From assembly GCA_007376145.1 (NCBI GenBank), contig VMFP01000001.1, positions 14,639 to 78,638 on the forward strand: a stretch of 64,000 nucleotides of DNA, written 5' to 3'. Under the pieces are notes generated by a model. It saw only the letters and a program-made list of their open reading frames with translations. It was not told where the DNA came from and made no database searches. The position numbers were made by a program, and so were the translations under genes. This stretch comes from Parcubacteria group bacterium Gr01-1014_38. GTDB taxonomy: Bacteria; Patescibacteriota; Andersenbacteria; UBA10190; CAIZMI01. Below are positions 18,272 through 28,509 of the stretch, one piece after another (position 1 is the stretch's first letter; the number at the start of each line of letters is the position of its first letter).

Positions 18272-19543
18272 ATGGCTGATCTTGTCCGCCAGTCGCATCT
18301 CTTTGGCGCTCCGCTTCGGGAGCCGCCAAAGGACGCGGAGATACTCTCTCACCGTCTCCTGGCACAAGGCGGATTCATCCACCAACTCGCAGCGGGTGTC
18401 TTTTCCCTTCTCCCCCTCGGTGTTCGTGTCCACCAGTGCATCGAGCAGATCATCCGGGAGGAAATGCTCGCTCTCGGCGCCCAGGAAATTCTTCTTCCTT
18501 CCCTGCAACCGAAAGCGCTGTGGGAAGAAACCGGACGCTGGACGACGATTGACCCGCCACTGTTTACGGTAAAAGACCGGCACGATCGTCTGTACGCGCT
18601 TGCGCCCACGCACGAAGAGGTCATCACCGATCTCGCGCGGACGTACCTGCACTCGTACAAGCAGCTCCCGGTGCTCGTTTTTCAAATCCACACAAAATTC
18701 CGCAATGAGCAGCGGCCCACCGGCGGACTCCTCCGGACCAGGGAGTTCACGATGAAAGACCTCTACTCGTTCCACGAGAGCGAGGAGGACCTCCGCGAGG
18801 CGTACGAGCGAGTAAAACGAGCGTATGGCCGCATCTTTCAGCGGTGCGGGCTCAAGGCGGTTCCCGTCTCGGCAGCGTCGGGTTCCATTGGGGGAACGGT
18901 CTCACATGAGTTCGTAATTCTTGCGGACCAAGGCGAAGACCGCGTGGCGCTCTGCTCCTCCTGCGGATTTGGCGCAAAGGTTGAAGCACTTGAAGGGAAG
19001 GCTGACCGCTGTCCATCCTGTGGTCACACGCTCGACGTGAAGAACTGCATCGAGGGAGGACACATTTTCCAACTGGGGCACACGTACAGCGACAAGATGA
19101 AGGCACAGATCACACGAGCAGACGGGAAGAAATCTCCGCTCATCATGGGCTGCTACGGCATCGGCCTCGGCCGTCTCCTGGCCAACGTCGTCGAGGCCTC
19201 GCACGATGAGCGTGGGATCGTGTGGCCGGCGTCCATTGCGCCGTTTCAGGTGCACGTGCTCGATGTGGGAGACGGAGCGGGCAACGAGCGAGTGACCAAG
19301 GCGGCCGCTGGCGCGCTCGCCCTGGAGCTCGCTGACGAGGGATTCTCCGTGCTCACCGACGACCGGGATGATGCCAGCCCAGGCGAGAAGTTCGCTGACG
19401 CCGATCTCATCGGCATCCCGTGGCGAGTGGTCATCAGTCCGAAGCACCTCACGAACAATACGGTTGGTCTCAAACGGCGGAGCGAGGGTGAGGAGCGGGC
19501 GGTTCCCGCAAAAGAGAGCCTCCGCGACGCGCTCGCTGGCTAA
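18272..19543 (+). CDS. proS: Proline--tRNA ligase (short form)
   Basis: LAPTHEE, KFRNEQRP..GLLRTREFTMKD, MGCYGIG. Confidence 0.96.
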   Translation: MADLVRQSHLFGAPLREPPKDAEILSHRLLAQGGFIHQLAAGVFSLLPLGVRVHQCIEQIIREEMLALGAQEILLPSLQPKALWEETGRWTTIDPPLFTVKDRHDRLYALAPTHEEVITDLARTYLHSYKQLPVLVFQIHTKFRNEQRPTGGLLRTREFTMKDLYSFHESEEDLREAYERVKRAYGRIFQRCGLKAVPVSAASGSIGGTVSHEFVILADQGEDRVALCSSCGFGAKVEALEGKADRCPSCGHTLDVKNCIEGGHIFQLGHTYSDKMKAQITRADGKKSPLIMGCYGIGLGRLLANVVEASHDERGIVWPASIAPFQVHVLDVGDGAGNERVTKAAAGALALELADEGFSVLTDDRDDASPGEKFADADLIGIPWRVVISPKHLTNNTVGLKRRSEGEERAVPAKESLRDALAG

Positions 19544-19613
19544 CGTGGAACACGGACGGGTCGCCAGCGCAGGAGAGGCTTCCAAGAAGGCGGTGCGGCA
19601 CGCCCCGGCTTTC

Positions 19614-19643
19614 AAAGCTACTTCAATATATTGAAGTAGCTTT
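19614..19643. repeat. Perfect 30-bp palindrome
   Basis: AAAGCTACTTCAATA|TATTGAAGTAGCTTT. Confidence 0.85.
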
Positions 19644-19700
19644 CCGGATTTCCATTATCCCCGCGGGCGGTCGCCCAGCATACTCGCAGAAGCAGCGGTC

Positions 19701-19729
19701 TTGACGCTCAGTGACCCATCGCCTAGACT
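19701..19729 (+). promoter_or_regulatory. Sigma70-type promoter
   Basis: TTGACG-17-TAGACT upstream of the orphan at 19786. Confidence 0.6.
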
Positions 19730-19785
19730 TCCTATCGTCTACTAACCGGACTGTTCTTTTTCACAGTGTTTAGGAGAGAAATGTC

Positions 19786-20541
19786 ATGCCATTGCTTCCT
19801 GTACCGTCCTTTCTTCGTGACTATGCTGAACGATACGATCTAACCTGGACTCTTACATGCGAGAGTGCGGAAGATTGCGGTGGCTTTGCCATTGAGCCGC
19901 ATCCGAAAGAACGGAGATTTCACCTTCGGGCGCTACCAAGGTGCTTCGCCAACCCCTGGGATTCTAGGATGCTCTGGCACACAATTCTGCCGAGACTTCA
20001 TTTGGGGGAGACCCGCGACCCAGTGTTTAGCGATCACGCCGATCGGCGATTTCACGCCTTCTGGATTGAGATGCTTCTCGACGTGTGGTCCGTGGATGTT
20101 TTCTGCGCGTTCGAACCGACAGTCGCCGAAACGTTCCTACCCCTCTGGCGCCATCATGTGCTGCAGTATCAGTTACCCGAGCTGTCATCTTCCCGCGACC
20201 AGCTTGATCGATTAGCAAGGGCCGTAGAGACGATCCGAGAGCTCGCGATTTTGAAACGTCTGGGCCAACGGTTTGGTCGACGCGCCCTCGCCACCAAACA
20301 GCTAACTGATATCCTAGCCTATGTGCAGCAGCTGACCGCCGCACGCGGCAGTATGAAGAAACTCTACGATCGCTGGTGCGGCCTGCCGCCGATCGCCGAG
20401 GAAAAAACCGCCGCTCTCCGTCAATTTGACCAGGCGGTTACTGACCTCTTTCGGATGCTGTTTATCCCAATAAAAGCCACGCTCGTTTGGAGCGAGAATC
20501 GGCACGTATGGCAATTTGATTCCATGGTTCCGGATAACTGA
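19786..20541 (+). CDS. Hypothetical orphan protein
   Basis: 251-aa ORF with its own promoter, SD (TAGGAG) and terminator; lower GC than its neighbours. Confidence 0.7.
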   Translation: MPLLPVPSFLRDYAERYDLTWTLTCESAEDCGGFAIEPHPKERRFHLRALPRCFANPWDSRMLWHTILPRLHLGETRDPVFSDHADRRFHAFWIEMLLDVWSVDVFCAFEPTVAETFLPLWRHHVLQYQLPELSSSRDQLDRLARAVETIRELAILKRLGQRFGRRALATKQLTDILAYVQQLTAARGSMKKLYDRWCGLPPIAEEKTAALRQFDQAVTDLFRMLFIPIKATLVWSENRHVWQFDSMVPDN

Positions 20542-20589
20542 TAGGTTTTTCAGACATACCTTTACGCCGCCACAAGTTGTAGCACTTGT

Positions 20590-20622
20590 AAAGACCGCAT
20601 TGCTCGCCCAGCGGTCTTTTTT
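20590..20622 (+). terminator. Intrinsic terminator
   Basis: AAAGACCGC...GCGGTCTTT plus T-run. Confidence 0.65.
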
Positions 20623-20703
20623 CTGTCGGCCCACGCGTTAGCCGGGGGAAACTCTTCTTTTGCAGCACTAGGCACTCGTGCTCCGCTCCGGTACACTAGG
20701 AGC

Positions 20704-21756
20704 GTGTTCAACCGCTTTTTCGGCGTCTTCTCGCAGGATTTAGGGGTAGACCTTGGCACGGCGAACACCCTTGTCTACCAGCGAGGGAAGGGAATTGTGA
20801 TCAATGAACCGTCCGTCGTGGCGATCAACATCAAGACGAAGCAAATCCTTGCGATTGGCGCCGAGGCGCGACGGATGATCGGGAAAACACCGGCGCACAT
20901 TGTCGCGATGCGCCCACTCCGCGACGGGGTCATTTCGGATTTTGAAGTCACGCAGCAGATGCTCCGCTATTTCATTGAGAAGGCGCATGAGCACTCGGTC
21001 GCGCTCTTCGCGCGTCCCCGCGTGGTGATCGGCATCCCATCGGGAGTCACGGAGGTCGAGCGGCGCGCGGTGGAAGACGCCTCGATGCGCGCGGGTGCCC
21101 GCCGGGTGTTCCTCATCGAGGAACCGATGGCGGCCGCGATCGGTGCGCGCTTGCCTGTCCAGGATGCGGCGGGGAACCTTGTGGTGGACATCGGCGGTGG
21201 AACCACCGAGGTGGCGGTCATTTCCCTCGGTGGTGTGGTCGTGAGTCGGAGCATCCGGATTGCGGGAGACGAGCTGAACGACGACATCATCCGCTATGCA
21301 CGCGACGAATTTAACCTTCTCCTGGGAGAGCGGACGGCGGAAGAGATTAAAATCACCATCGGGAGTTCCTGGGAACTCGCCGATCCGTTGGAAATGCCCA
21401 TGCGGGGTCGCGACCTTGTCACCGGGCTTCCCAAGGAGGTGATGGTGAACGACGCCCAGATCCGGCAAGCCTTGACGCGGAGTACGCGGATCATCGTGAA
21501 CCACGTCAAAGCCACCGTTGAAGAAACACCACCGGAACTCCTCGCGGATGTCATGGAACGGGGCATTATCCTCATCGGAGGTGGAGCGCTCCTCCGTGGG
21601 CTGGACCAGCTGTTGTCGTCGGTCACGCAAGTGCCAGTGAAAGTGACCGATGACCCGCTCACCGCGGTGGTCCGAGGGTGCGGTATTGTCCTCGAAGACA
21701 TCGAAGCGCTCCAGGAAGTCCTCGTTCCCACGCCATCGCCCGGGATTGTTCGGTAG
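20704..21756 (+). CDS. mreB: Rod shape-determining protein MreB
   Basis: DLGTAN, EPSVVA, EEPMAAAIG, DIGGGTTE, GGGALL. Confidence 0.97.
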   Translation: MFNRFFGVFSQDLGVDLGTANTLVYQRGKGIVINEPSVVAINIKTKQILAIGAEARRMIGKTPAHIVAMRPLRDGVISDFEVTQQMLRYFIEKAHEHSVALFARPRVVIGIPSGVTEVERRAVEDASMRAGARRVFLIEEPMAAAIGARLPVQDAAGNLVVDIGGGTTEVAVISLGGVVVSRSIRIAGDELNDDIIRYARDEFNLLLGERTAEEIKITIGSSWELADPLEMPMRGRDLVTGLPKEVMVNDAQIRQALTRSTRIIVNHVKATVEETPPELLADVMERGIILIGGGALLRGLDQLLSSVTQVPVKVTDDPLTAVVRGCGIVLEDIEALQEVLVPTPSPGIVR

Positions 21757-21769
21757 AAGGGAGAGGGAA

Positions 21770-22564
21770 ATGCCGCGTCCACGCTTCCGAGTGCTTCTTG
21801 GCATGGTCGGTGTTGGCTTGGTCATCCTGGCGCTCCACGACGGATGGCTGAATGGACCACTGGGTCTGGCGCGCGTCGGGTTCGCACCAGTAGAGTGGTC
21901 GATCACGAATGTGGGGGAAACCGTCGGGGGGGTCGTCTGGTCGTTCCTCCGGGTAGGAACACTCAGCCGGCGGGTCCGTACCCTAGAAGAAGAACTCGCG
22001 CGTCTCCGAGCTGAACAGGCACGGGAAGCGAGTCTCCAGCAGGAGAACGCGGAACTCCGCCAGGCATTACGCCTGCTTCCCCGGACACGCTTCCGCCATG
22101 TTGCGGCGGACGTCACCGGGGTCTCCACCGACGGGGCAAGCGCGGTCTTGCGGATAAACCGGGGGGCGAACGACCGTATCCCCACCGACGCAGCGGTCAT
22201 CGCTGCTGATGGGGTCGTCGTTGGACACGTGAGCAGCGTTCAGACGTCCACGGCGACCGTCGAGTTGCTGACCGGCGGAAAGGTCCGCGTCGCGGCACGT
22301 GCCCTCGACACCGGCGCGGAAGGAATCGTCCACGGCGTCCGGGGGCTCGACGTCATCTTTGACGGAATCCCGCGGACGCAAACGCTCCGCGTCGGGGACC
22401 GCTTGGTCACGACTGGCCTCGACGGGAATTTCCCGCCGTACCTCCTTCTCGGTACGGTGGTGTCAGTGCGAGCACTGGAGAACGCAATTTTCCAGGAGGC
22501 GAGCGTGCAACTCCCTCTCGATCTCCACCGTCTGAAGGTCGTGGCGGTTCTTCTCGAGTCGTGA
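21770..22564 (+). CDS. mreC: Rod shape-determining protein MreC
   Basis: TM, coiled coil ending EN..LR, INRG, TTGLDG.FP; follows mreB. Confidence 0.9.
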   Translation: MPRPRFRVLLGMVGVGLVILALHDGWLNGPLGLARVGFAPVEWSITNVGETVGGVVWSFLRVGTLSRRVRTLEEELARLRAEQAREASLQQENAELRQALRLLPRTRFRHVAADVTGVSTDGASAVLRINRGANDRIPTDAAVIAADGVVVGHVSSVQTSTATVELLTGGKVRVAARALDTGAEGIVHGVRGLDVIFDGIPRTQTLRVGDRLVTTGLDGNFPPYLLLGTVVSVRALENAIFQEASVQLPLDLHRLKVVAVLLES

Positions 22565-23103
22565 TGCGAAAAATCCTTCTTCCGCTCCTTCTCTTTTTCC
22601 TCCTCGCTGGGGGAGAGACGGCGGTCGCACGCTGGCTTCCTTCTCCGTTCGTCGCTCCGCTGCTCCTCCCCGCACTCCTCACGCTGGCGTTCCGACTCCC
22701 CGCCACCCGACTGGCGCGGCTCGCGTTCCTCGGCGGCCTCGCCGGAGAGGCCGCGAGTGGGTTGCCGGGTGGAACGATACTCGCGGCCCTGGTGGCTCTC
22801 CCGCTTGCGGTTCGCGCGCTGGTCCGCCGTCCAGAACTCCCGGTCCTGGTACGCGGACTGGTGGGAATGATCGCGGCCCTGCTGTTCTCCATTCTTGTGC
22901 AGGCGGCGGCTCCCGGACCGTTCGCTCCTCCGGCGCGGCTGCTCGCGCAGTTCATCACGGCGAAACTTCTGTTCCCATCGCTCTTCGTCGGCGCTCTTGT
23001 GCTCTTTATGGGCTCGCTCCTCGACGCGCGGGAGCAACGGCGCTTCTCGTCTCTTGGTCTGCTTCCGGCCGCGGCCGGGGGTCCGTACCCGTCAGTGAAG
23101 TAA
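22561..23103 (+). CDS. mreD: MreD-like membrane protein
   Basis: Hydrophobic multi-TM ORF between mreC and mrdA (assigned mainly by position). Confidence 0.65.
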   Translation: MMRKILLPLLLFFLLAGGETAVARWLPSPFVAPLLLPALLTLAFRLPATRLARLAFLGGLAGEAASGLPGGTILAALVALPLAVRALVRRPELPVLVRGLVGMIAALLFSILVQAAAPGPFAPPARLLAQFITAKLLFPSLFVGALVLFMGSLLDAREQRRFSSLGLLPAAAGGPYPSVK

Positions 23104-23112
23104 CGAGCGCCG

Positions 23113-25047
23113 ATGCCTCGACGTGCCGTACCGCCGAAAGAACACTTACCCCACCACGTTCGTGGTGGCCGCCTCTTCCACTCTTTCAGCGATCTCTGGT
23201 CGCTGCCCGAATCCCCAAAGCTCTCCAAGCTCCCCCCACCGATCGCCGGAGCGTTCACGCTCGGAGGCCTGCGCGTGCTGACGGCACTGGTTCTTCTTCT
23301 CTTGTTCGCCCAAAGCCTCCGGTTGCAAATCGCTGCTGGCTCTCTCTTCCGAAAAGAAGCGGAGAGCAACCGTGTCCGCGATCTCGTCGAGTATGCTCCT
23401 CGCGGAATCTTCCTTGATCGACTCGGGAAGCCCCTCGCTCAAAACATCCCCGCGGTGGACCTCGTCGCTGATCCGGCGTTTCTCCCAGAGGATCTCGAAC
23501 CGGTGTTCGCTGACGTAAAGGAAGCGCTCCCGGAGCGGAACCGTGCCGACTTCTTGGATCGCTTGCGAGCGATTGATCGCCGAGGAACCTCGCCTGTTCC
23601 GATTCTCGAAGATCTCTCCCATCAGGAATTCCTCGCAGTGAGCGCTCGGGCGAACCGTCTTCCCGGCCTCCAGCTCGAGACGACCGCCGTCCGCGAGTAC
23701 CGGGGCAATGGCGTCTTCGCCCACGCGCTCGGGTACACCGGCAAGCTCAGCCCGGAAGAGCGGAAGCAATTCCCAGCCTACCTTCTCACCGAATCGCTTG
23801 GGAAAACAGGATTGGAACGTCAGTATGAGGAACGGTTGCGGGGACGGCATGGGATCCGCCAAGTGGAAGTGAATGCCCAAGGGGTGGTACAGCACGATCT
23901 CGGCCGAGAGCCCCCGGAACCGGGCTCCAACATTCGCCTCCACCTCGATGCAGAACTCCAGGAGCGCGCTGCGGCTGCACTTGCGCGCGGACTGGATGCT
24001 GCCGGCGTCCGGCGAGGGGTCGTGGTGGCCCTTGAACCACACACCGGGGCCGTCCGTTCCCTCGTGAGCCTGCCGACGTACCCCCAGAGCGACATTGCCC
24101 GGGGCACAAACGTGTCGACGACGCGCACGATCCTCGCGGATCCGGACTCTCCGTTTCTGAACCGGGTCACGCAAGGCCAGTATGTGCCGGGCTCTACGTT
24201 CAAATTGGCGGTGGCGAGCGCGGGGCTGGAGGAAGGCGTCATCACGTCTCGGACGACCGTCGAGAGCACCGGCGGTATCCGCGTCGGTCAGTGGTTCTTC
24301 CCCGACTGGAAACCGGGTGGGCACGGCCGGACGGACATCATCAAGGCGCTGGCGGAGTCGGTGAACACGTACTTCTACACGGTCGCGGGAGGTATGGGAG
24401 ACACCCGCGGGGTCGGGATCGAGCGCCTGGCAGCGTGGGCAAAAAAACTGGGGTTTGGAGAACCCACCGGTATCGATCTCCCGCAGGAAGCAAGCGGGTT
24501 TCTCCCATCGCCGGAGTGGAAAGAGGAGGTCAAGGGAGAAGCCTGGTACATCGGTGATACCTACCACGCCGCGATCGGACAGGGAGACGTCCTCATCACA
24601 CCGCTCCAGCTTGCCGTCGCCGCCTCGGTGATTGCGAACGGCGGAACGCTTCTTGCTCCGCGTCTCATCGATGCGATTGAAGGACCGGACGGATCAGTGC
24701 GAGAACGTGTTCCACCGGCGATCCGGGTGGAGCGCACCATCACGCCGGAAACGGCCTCCATCGTCCGCGCCGGGATGCGGGCCGCCGTGACCAGCGGCTC
24801 CGCTCGAGGATTGAATGAACTCCCGGTTGCGGTGGCGGCGAAAACCGGGACGGCACAGGTCGGCGGAACGGACCGCACGCACGCGTGGGTGACCGTCTTT
24901 GGTCCGGTGGAGGATCCAGACCTGGCGCTCGTCGTGCTCCTCGAAGGCGGGGGAGGCGGAGATCGGTTTGCGGTCCCGGTTGCCCGCGATATTCTCTCGT
25001 GGTACTTCGCTCCCGAACAGCGCGTGCGTCGCGCGGAGAGACCGTGA
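23113..25047 (+). CDS. mrdA: Penicillin-binding protein 2
   Basis: APRG.I.DR, GKTGLE..YE, PGSTFK, SVN, KTGTAQ. Confidence 0.95.
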   Translation: MPRRAVPPKEHLPHHVRGGRLFHSFSDLWSLPESPKLSKLPPPIAGAFTLGGLRVLTALVLLLLFAQSLRLQIAAGSLFRKEAESNRVRDLVEYAPRGIFLDRLGKPLAQNIPAVDLVADPAFLPEDLEPVFADVKEALPERNRADFLDRLRAIDRRGTSPVPILEDLSHQEFLAVSARANRLPGLQLETTAVREYRGNGVFAHALGYTGKLSPEERKQFPAYLLTESLGKTGLERQYEERLRGRHGIRQVEVNAQGVVQHDLGREPPEPGSNIRLHLDAELQERAAAALARGLDAAGVRRGVVVALEPHTGAVRSLVSLPTYPQSDIARGTNVSTTRTILADPDSPFLNRVTQGQYVPGSTFKLAVASAGLEEGVITSRTTVESTGGIRVGQWFFPDWKPGGHGRTDIIKALAESVNTYFYTVAGGMGDTRGVGIERLAAWAKKLGFGEPTGIDLPQEASGFLPSPEWKEEVKGEAWYIGDTYHAAIGQGDVLITPLQLAVAASVIANGGTLLAPRLIDAIEGPDGSVRERVPPAIRVERTITPETASIVRAGMRAAVTSGSARGLNELPVAVAAKTGTAQVGGTDRTHAWVTVFGPVEDPDLALVVLLEGGGGGDRFAVPVARDILSWYFAPEQRVRRAERP

Positions 25048-25130
25048 AGGAAGCGGGAAGCGCCCCTCGCGGTGCTCGGCGTTGAGGGCAGGTACTACGG
25101 CAACAGTCTGACCTTCCCAATTTCGTTGGC

Positions 25131-25158
25131 TTGACAGTTCCTTGCGCCCGCTTACAAT
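25131..25158 (+). promoter_or_regulatory. Sigma70-type promoter of greA
   Basis: TTGACA-16-TACAAT. Confidence 0.7.
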
Positions 25159-25210
25159 AGCCTCCCGTACCCGACCGTCCCCGGGCACACTTGTCCGTCA
25201 TTATTGACAG

Positions 25211-25681
25211 ATGAACCGAAAAAAGACGCTCATAACCGAAGAAGGGCTGAAAAAACTGCAAGACGAACTCCAAACCTTGAAGACTGTCCGGCGACGCGAG
25301 GTGGCCGAAGCGATCCAGCGCGCAAAAGAGCAGGGAGACCTGTCCGAGAATGCAGAGTATGTGGAAGCGAAGGAGGCGCAGGGCCTCGTGGAGCAGCGGA
25401 TTGTGGAGTTTGAAGCCACGTTGAAGAACGTGGAAGTGATTCGGAAAGACGAAACGGTGAACCACACGGCGGTGGCGGTTGGAGACACCGTCACGATCCA
25501 CTGGAACGGAGATCAAACCACGTACACCATCGTGGGGGCGAACGAGGCGGATCCGGCATCGGGAAAAATTTCGAACGAATCACCGGTAGGAACCGCGCTC
25601 CTCAGCAAGCGGGTCGGGGATACCGCGCTCATCCGAACGCCGAGCGGCACCAAAGAAGCGAGCATCGTGCGCATCGCCTAG
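25211..25681 (+). CDS. greA: Transcription elongation factor GreA
   Basis: GDLSENAEY, ISNESPVG. Confidence 0.96.
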   Translation: MNRKKTLITEEGLKKLQDELQTLKTVRRREVAEAIQRAKEQGDLSENAEYVEAKEAQGLVEQRIVEFEATLKNVEVIRKDETVNHTAVAVGDTVTIHWNGDQTTYTIVGANEADPASGKISNESPVGTALLSKRVGDTALIRTPSGTKEASIVRIA

Positions 25682-25757
25682 AGCTCCGCGCAGTGCGCGG
25701 AGACCTGGGTTGCCTCGGTCTCCGGAATCCTGTAGGGTTCCATCTTAAGGATCAGCA

Positions 25758-27218
25758 GTGCGACACGATCTCCTCGCCGCCCGAGAGGCACACCGGGAAC
25801 TCTTTCGGACTCGTGGCAGAGAGCCGTACCCTACGTGGCACGGTCGCACCCACACCGCGGCGGATGTCCGTGCGCGCTTCGCCTCGCTCGCAAAAACCAA
25901 GGAAGCCGTCACGGTCGCGGGACGACTCGTTGGCACGCGCGAACACGGCGGTGTCCGGTTTCTTGATCTAAAAGATGACTCGGGAACACTGCAGCTCCTC
26001 TGTCGCTCGGACGCACTGTCCAGCGAGCTGTTTCACCTGCTCGACGCGCTGGATCCGGGCGATCTCCTCACCGCCTCCGGGCCGGTCGTCAAGACGCAGG
26101 CGGGGGAACTGAGCGTTGACGTCACCACGTGGGCGCCGCTGGCGAAGGCGCTCCGCCCGCCTCCTGATCCGAGGTCTGGGTTGCGCGACGAGGAAGAGCG
26201 CGCGCGTCATCGGGAAGTGGATCTCCTCGCGAATCCAGAAACGCGCCGCGTCTTTGACGTGCGCGTCAAACTCCTCCACGGTCTCCGAGCGTTCCTCACG
26301 GGCGAAGGGTTCATCGAGGTGGAGACCCCGATCCTCCAGTCCCAGCCGGGCGGCGCAGCGGCGCACCCGTTTCGCACGCATCACCGTGCGCTCGATCTGG
26401 AGTTCACCCTTCGCATCTCCCCCGAGCTGTATCTGAAACGTCTCATGATCGGGGGCTACGAGAAAGTATTCGAAGTCGGGAAGGCGTTCCGCAACGAAGG
26501 GATTGACCGACAGCACAACCCGGAGTTCACCATCTGCGAGTTCTACTGGGCCTACACCGCCGTAGATGATCTCATTCCTTTCACGGAGCGCCTCGTGTCA
26601 ACGCTCCTCACGGAGGTCGTGGGAAGCCCGCGCCTCACGGCCCAGGGACAGACACTGGACTTCACGCCGCCGTGGCCGCGGGTCTCCGTCGTGGATGCGG
26701 TGGAGGAGACGGCGGGTGTCAACCTGGGGAGCGACCGAGATCCACGCGCCTACGAGAAGGCACTCACGAAGCTCGAGGTGAATCTCCCTGAGGATCGAAC
26801 CCTCCCGAATCTCATGGACGCACTGATCAACGCCGCGGTCCGCAGCAACGCGACGAGTCCCTTGGTGCTCCTTGGGGCACCGGTCGAGCTCGAGCCACTG
26901 GCGAAGCGCTCTCCGGACGAACCACGCCTGGTCCAGCGGATGCAGATCCTCGTTGGGGGCATGGAGCTCATTAAGGCGTACACCGAGGAAAACGATCCTT
27001 GGGAGCAGGAACGGCGCTTTCGCGAGCAGGCCTCCCTTCGCGGGTCGTCGGAGGTTCACCCACTGGACGCTGCGTACATCGAAGCATTGAAGGTGGGGCT
27101 TCCGCCGACCGCCGGGTGGGGAATGGGTGTTGACCGACTCGTCATGCTGGCAACGGGCCGCCCAAGCATCCGCGATGTGCTCTTTTTCCCACTCTTGCGA
27201 CCGGAACGTCATGATTGA
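25758..27218 (+). CDS. lysS: Lysine--tRNA ligase (class II)
   Basis: EVETP, LRISPELYLKRL, FRNEG, HNPEFT, GLPPTAGWGMGVDRL. Confidence 0.96.
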   Translation: MRHDLLAAREAHRELFRTRGREPYPTWHGRTHTAADVRARFASLAKTKEAVTVAGRLVGTREHGGVRFLDLKDDSGTLQLLCRSDALSSELFHLLDALDPGDLLTASGPVVKTQAGELSVDVTTWAPLAKALRPPPDPRSGLRDEEERARHREVDLLANPETRRVFDVRVKLLHGLRAFLTGEGFIEVETPILQSQPGGAAAHPFRTHHRALDLEFTLRISPELYLKRLMIGGYEKVFEVGKAFRNEGIDRQHNPEFTICEFYWAYTAVDDLIPFTERLVSTLLTEVVGSPRLTAQGQTLDFTPPWPRVSVVDAVEETAGVNLGSDRDPRAYEKALTKLEVNLPEDRTLPNLMDALINAAVRSNATSPLVLLGAPVELEPLAKRSPDEPRLVQRMQILVGGMELIKAYTEENDPWEQERRFREQASLRGSSEVHPLDAAYIEALKVGLPPTAGWGMGVDRLVMLATGRPSIRDVLFFPLLRPERHD

Positions 27219-28497
27219 CATCGAACTCCTCCGGAAAAATCCCGCTACCGTGATCAAGCGGCTCGGGACACGGGGCGTTCTGAAGAAAGAGGTCGAAGCG
27301 CTAATCCGCGCCGATACAAAGTGGCGGAAAGCAGAAGCAAAGGTTGAACAATTGACTGCGCAACGAAATAAATTAAGTGAGGAAGTTCCCAAACTCTCCA
27401 GTGAAAAAAGGAAACAGCGGATTTCGGAACTCCGTTCGCTAAATCTCCGTTTGCTTGGCCCGACGGGAAGAGGGGATCTCGCTCTGCTGGAAAAGAGCCG
27501 CCTTGAACTCTGGAAAAAATTGCCAAACCTCCCACTTCCAGAGGTTCCCGTCGGTTCGGATGCATCCGCCAACCACGTTGTGACTGAACCATTGCTTCCG
27601 CTACCAAAGTTCTCCTTTCTGCCACGTAATCATTTGGGATTAGGGATAAGCCTCGGCATTCTGGACATCGAACACGCCGCCGCAGCCTCGGGCTCTCGTT
27701 TTGGTGCGTTCCTTGGCGATGGCGTCCGCCTGGAATTTGCACTCGTTACCCATGCGTTCAAGGTCCTTGCGGCAGAAGCGTTCACTCCGATTCTCCCGCC
27801 GGCACTCATCAAGCGGAAGCGGATGGACGCGATGGGGTACCTCGATCGAGGGGCAGAAGAGGTGTACACAACGCAAGACGACCTTGTACTCGTCGGGACC
27901 TCCGAACAGTCGGTGGGAGCCATGTACGCCGGTCAGGTTTTCTCCCAGAAGGACCTGCCGGCTCGGTTCGTCGCGTTCTCCACGTGCTTCCGGCGTGAGG
28001 CTGGTTCGCACGGGAAGGATGTCCGTGGAATCATTCGTGTCCACCAGTTCGATAAAGTAGAAATGTTCTCCTTCTGCCGTCCGGAAGATTCAGTGAGGGA
28101 ACACCGTTTCTTTCTGGAACTCCAGAAGCGGCTCATGGAAGACCTGGAGATTCCATTCCGCGTCGTCCAACTCTGCACGGGAGACCTCGGCGTTGCCGCC
28201 GCCGCAACCTACGACATCGAAGCGTGGTTTCCGTCCCGGAATGCCTTTGTCGAGACACATTCGACGAGCAATACGACCGATTTCCAAACCCGACGACTCC
28301 CCGTGAAATTCCGCGCGGAGAACGGACAGTTGCGCCTCGGACACGCGGTGAACGGAACCGCGTACGCCATCCAACGCACCATCGCAGCGCTCCTTGAAGT
28401 GCATCAAACGGCCGACGGGACCGTGCGCATTCCGAACGTCCTCCGTCCGTACCTGGGCGGTCAAGACACTCTCCGGCGTTCCGACGAGCGACACTAG
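27211..28497 (+). CDS. serS: Serine--tRNA ligase
   Basis: MIDIELLR, GTSE, FRREAG, GIIRVHQFDKVE, NGTA. Confidence 0.96.
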   Translation: MIDIELLRKNPATVIKRLGTRGVLKKEVEALIRADTKWRKAEAKVEQLTAQRNKLSEEVPKLSSEKRKQRISELRSLNLRLLGPTGRGDLALLEKSRLELWKKLPNLPLPEVPVGSDASANHVVTEPLLPLPKFSFLPRNHLGLGISLGILDIEHAAAASGSRFGAFLGDGVRLEFALVTHAFKVLAAEAFTPILPPALIKRKRMDAMGYLDRGAEEVYTTQDDLVLVGTSEQSVGAMYAGQVFSQKDLPARFVAFSTCFRREAGSHGKDVRGIIRVHQFDKVEMFSFCRPEDSVREHRFFLELQKRLMEDLEIPFRVVQLCTGDLGVAAAATYDIEAWFPSRNAFVETHSTSNTTDFQTRRLPVKFRAENGQLRLGHAVNGTAYAIQRTIAALLEVHQTADGTVRIPNVLRPYLGGQDTLRRSDERH

Positions 28498-28509
28498 TCA
28501 TCCTCCACC

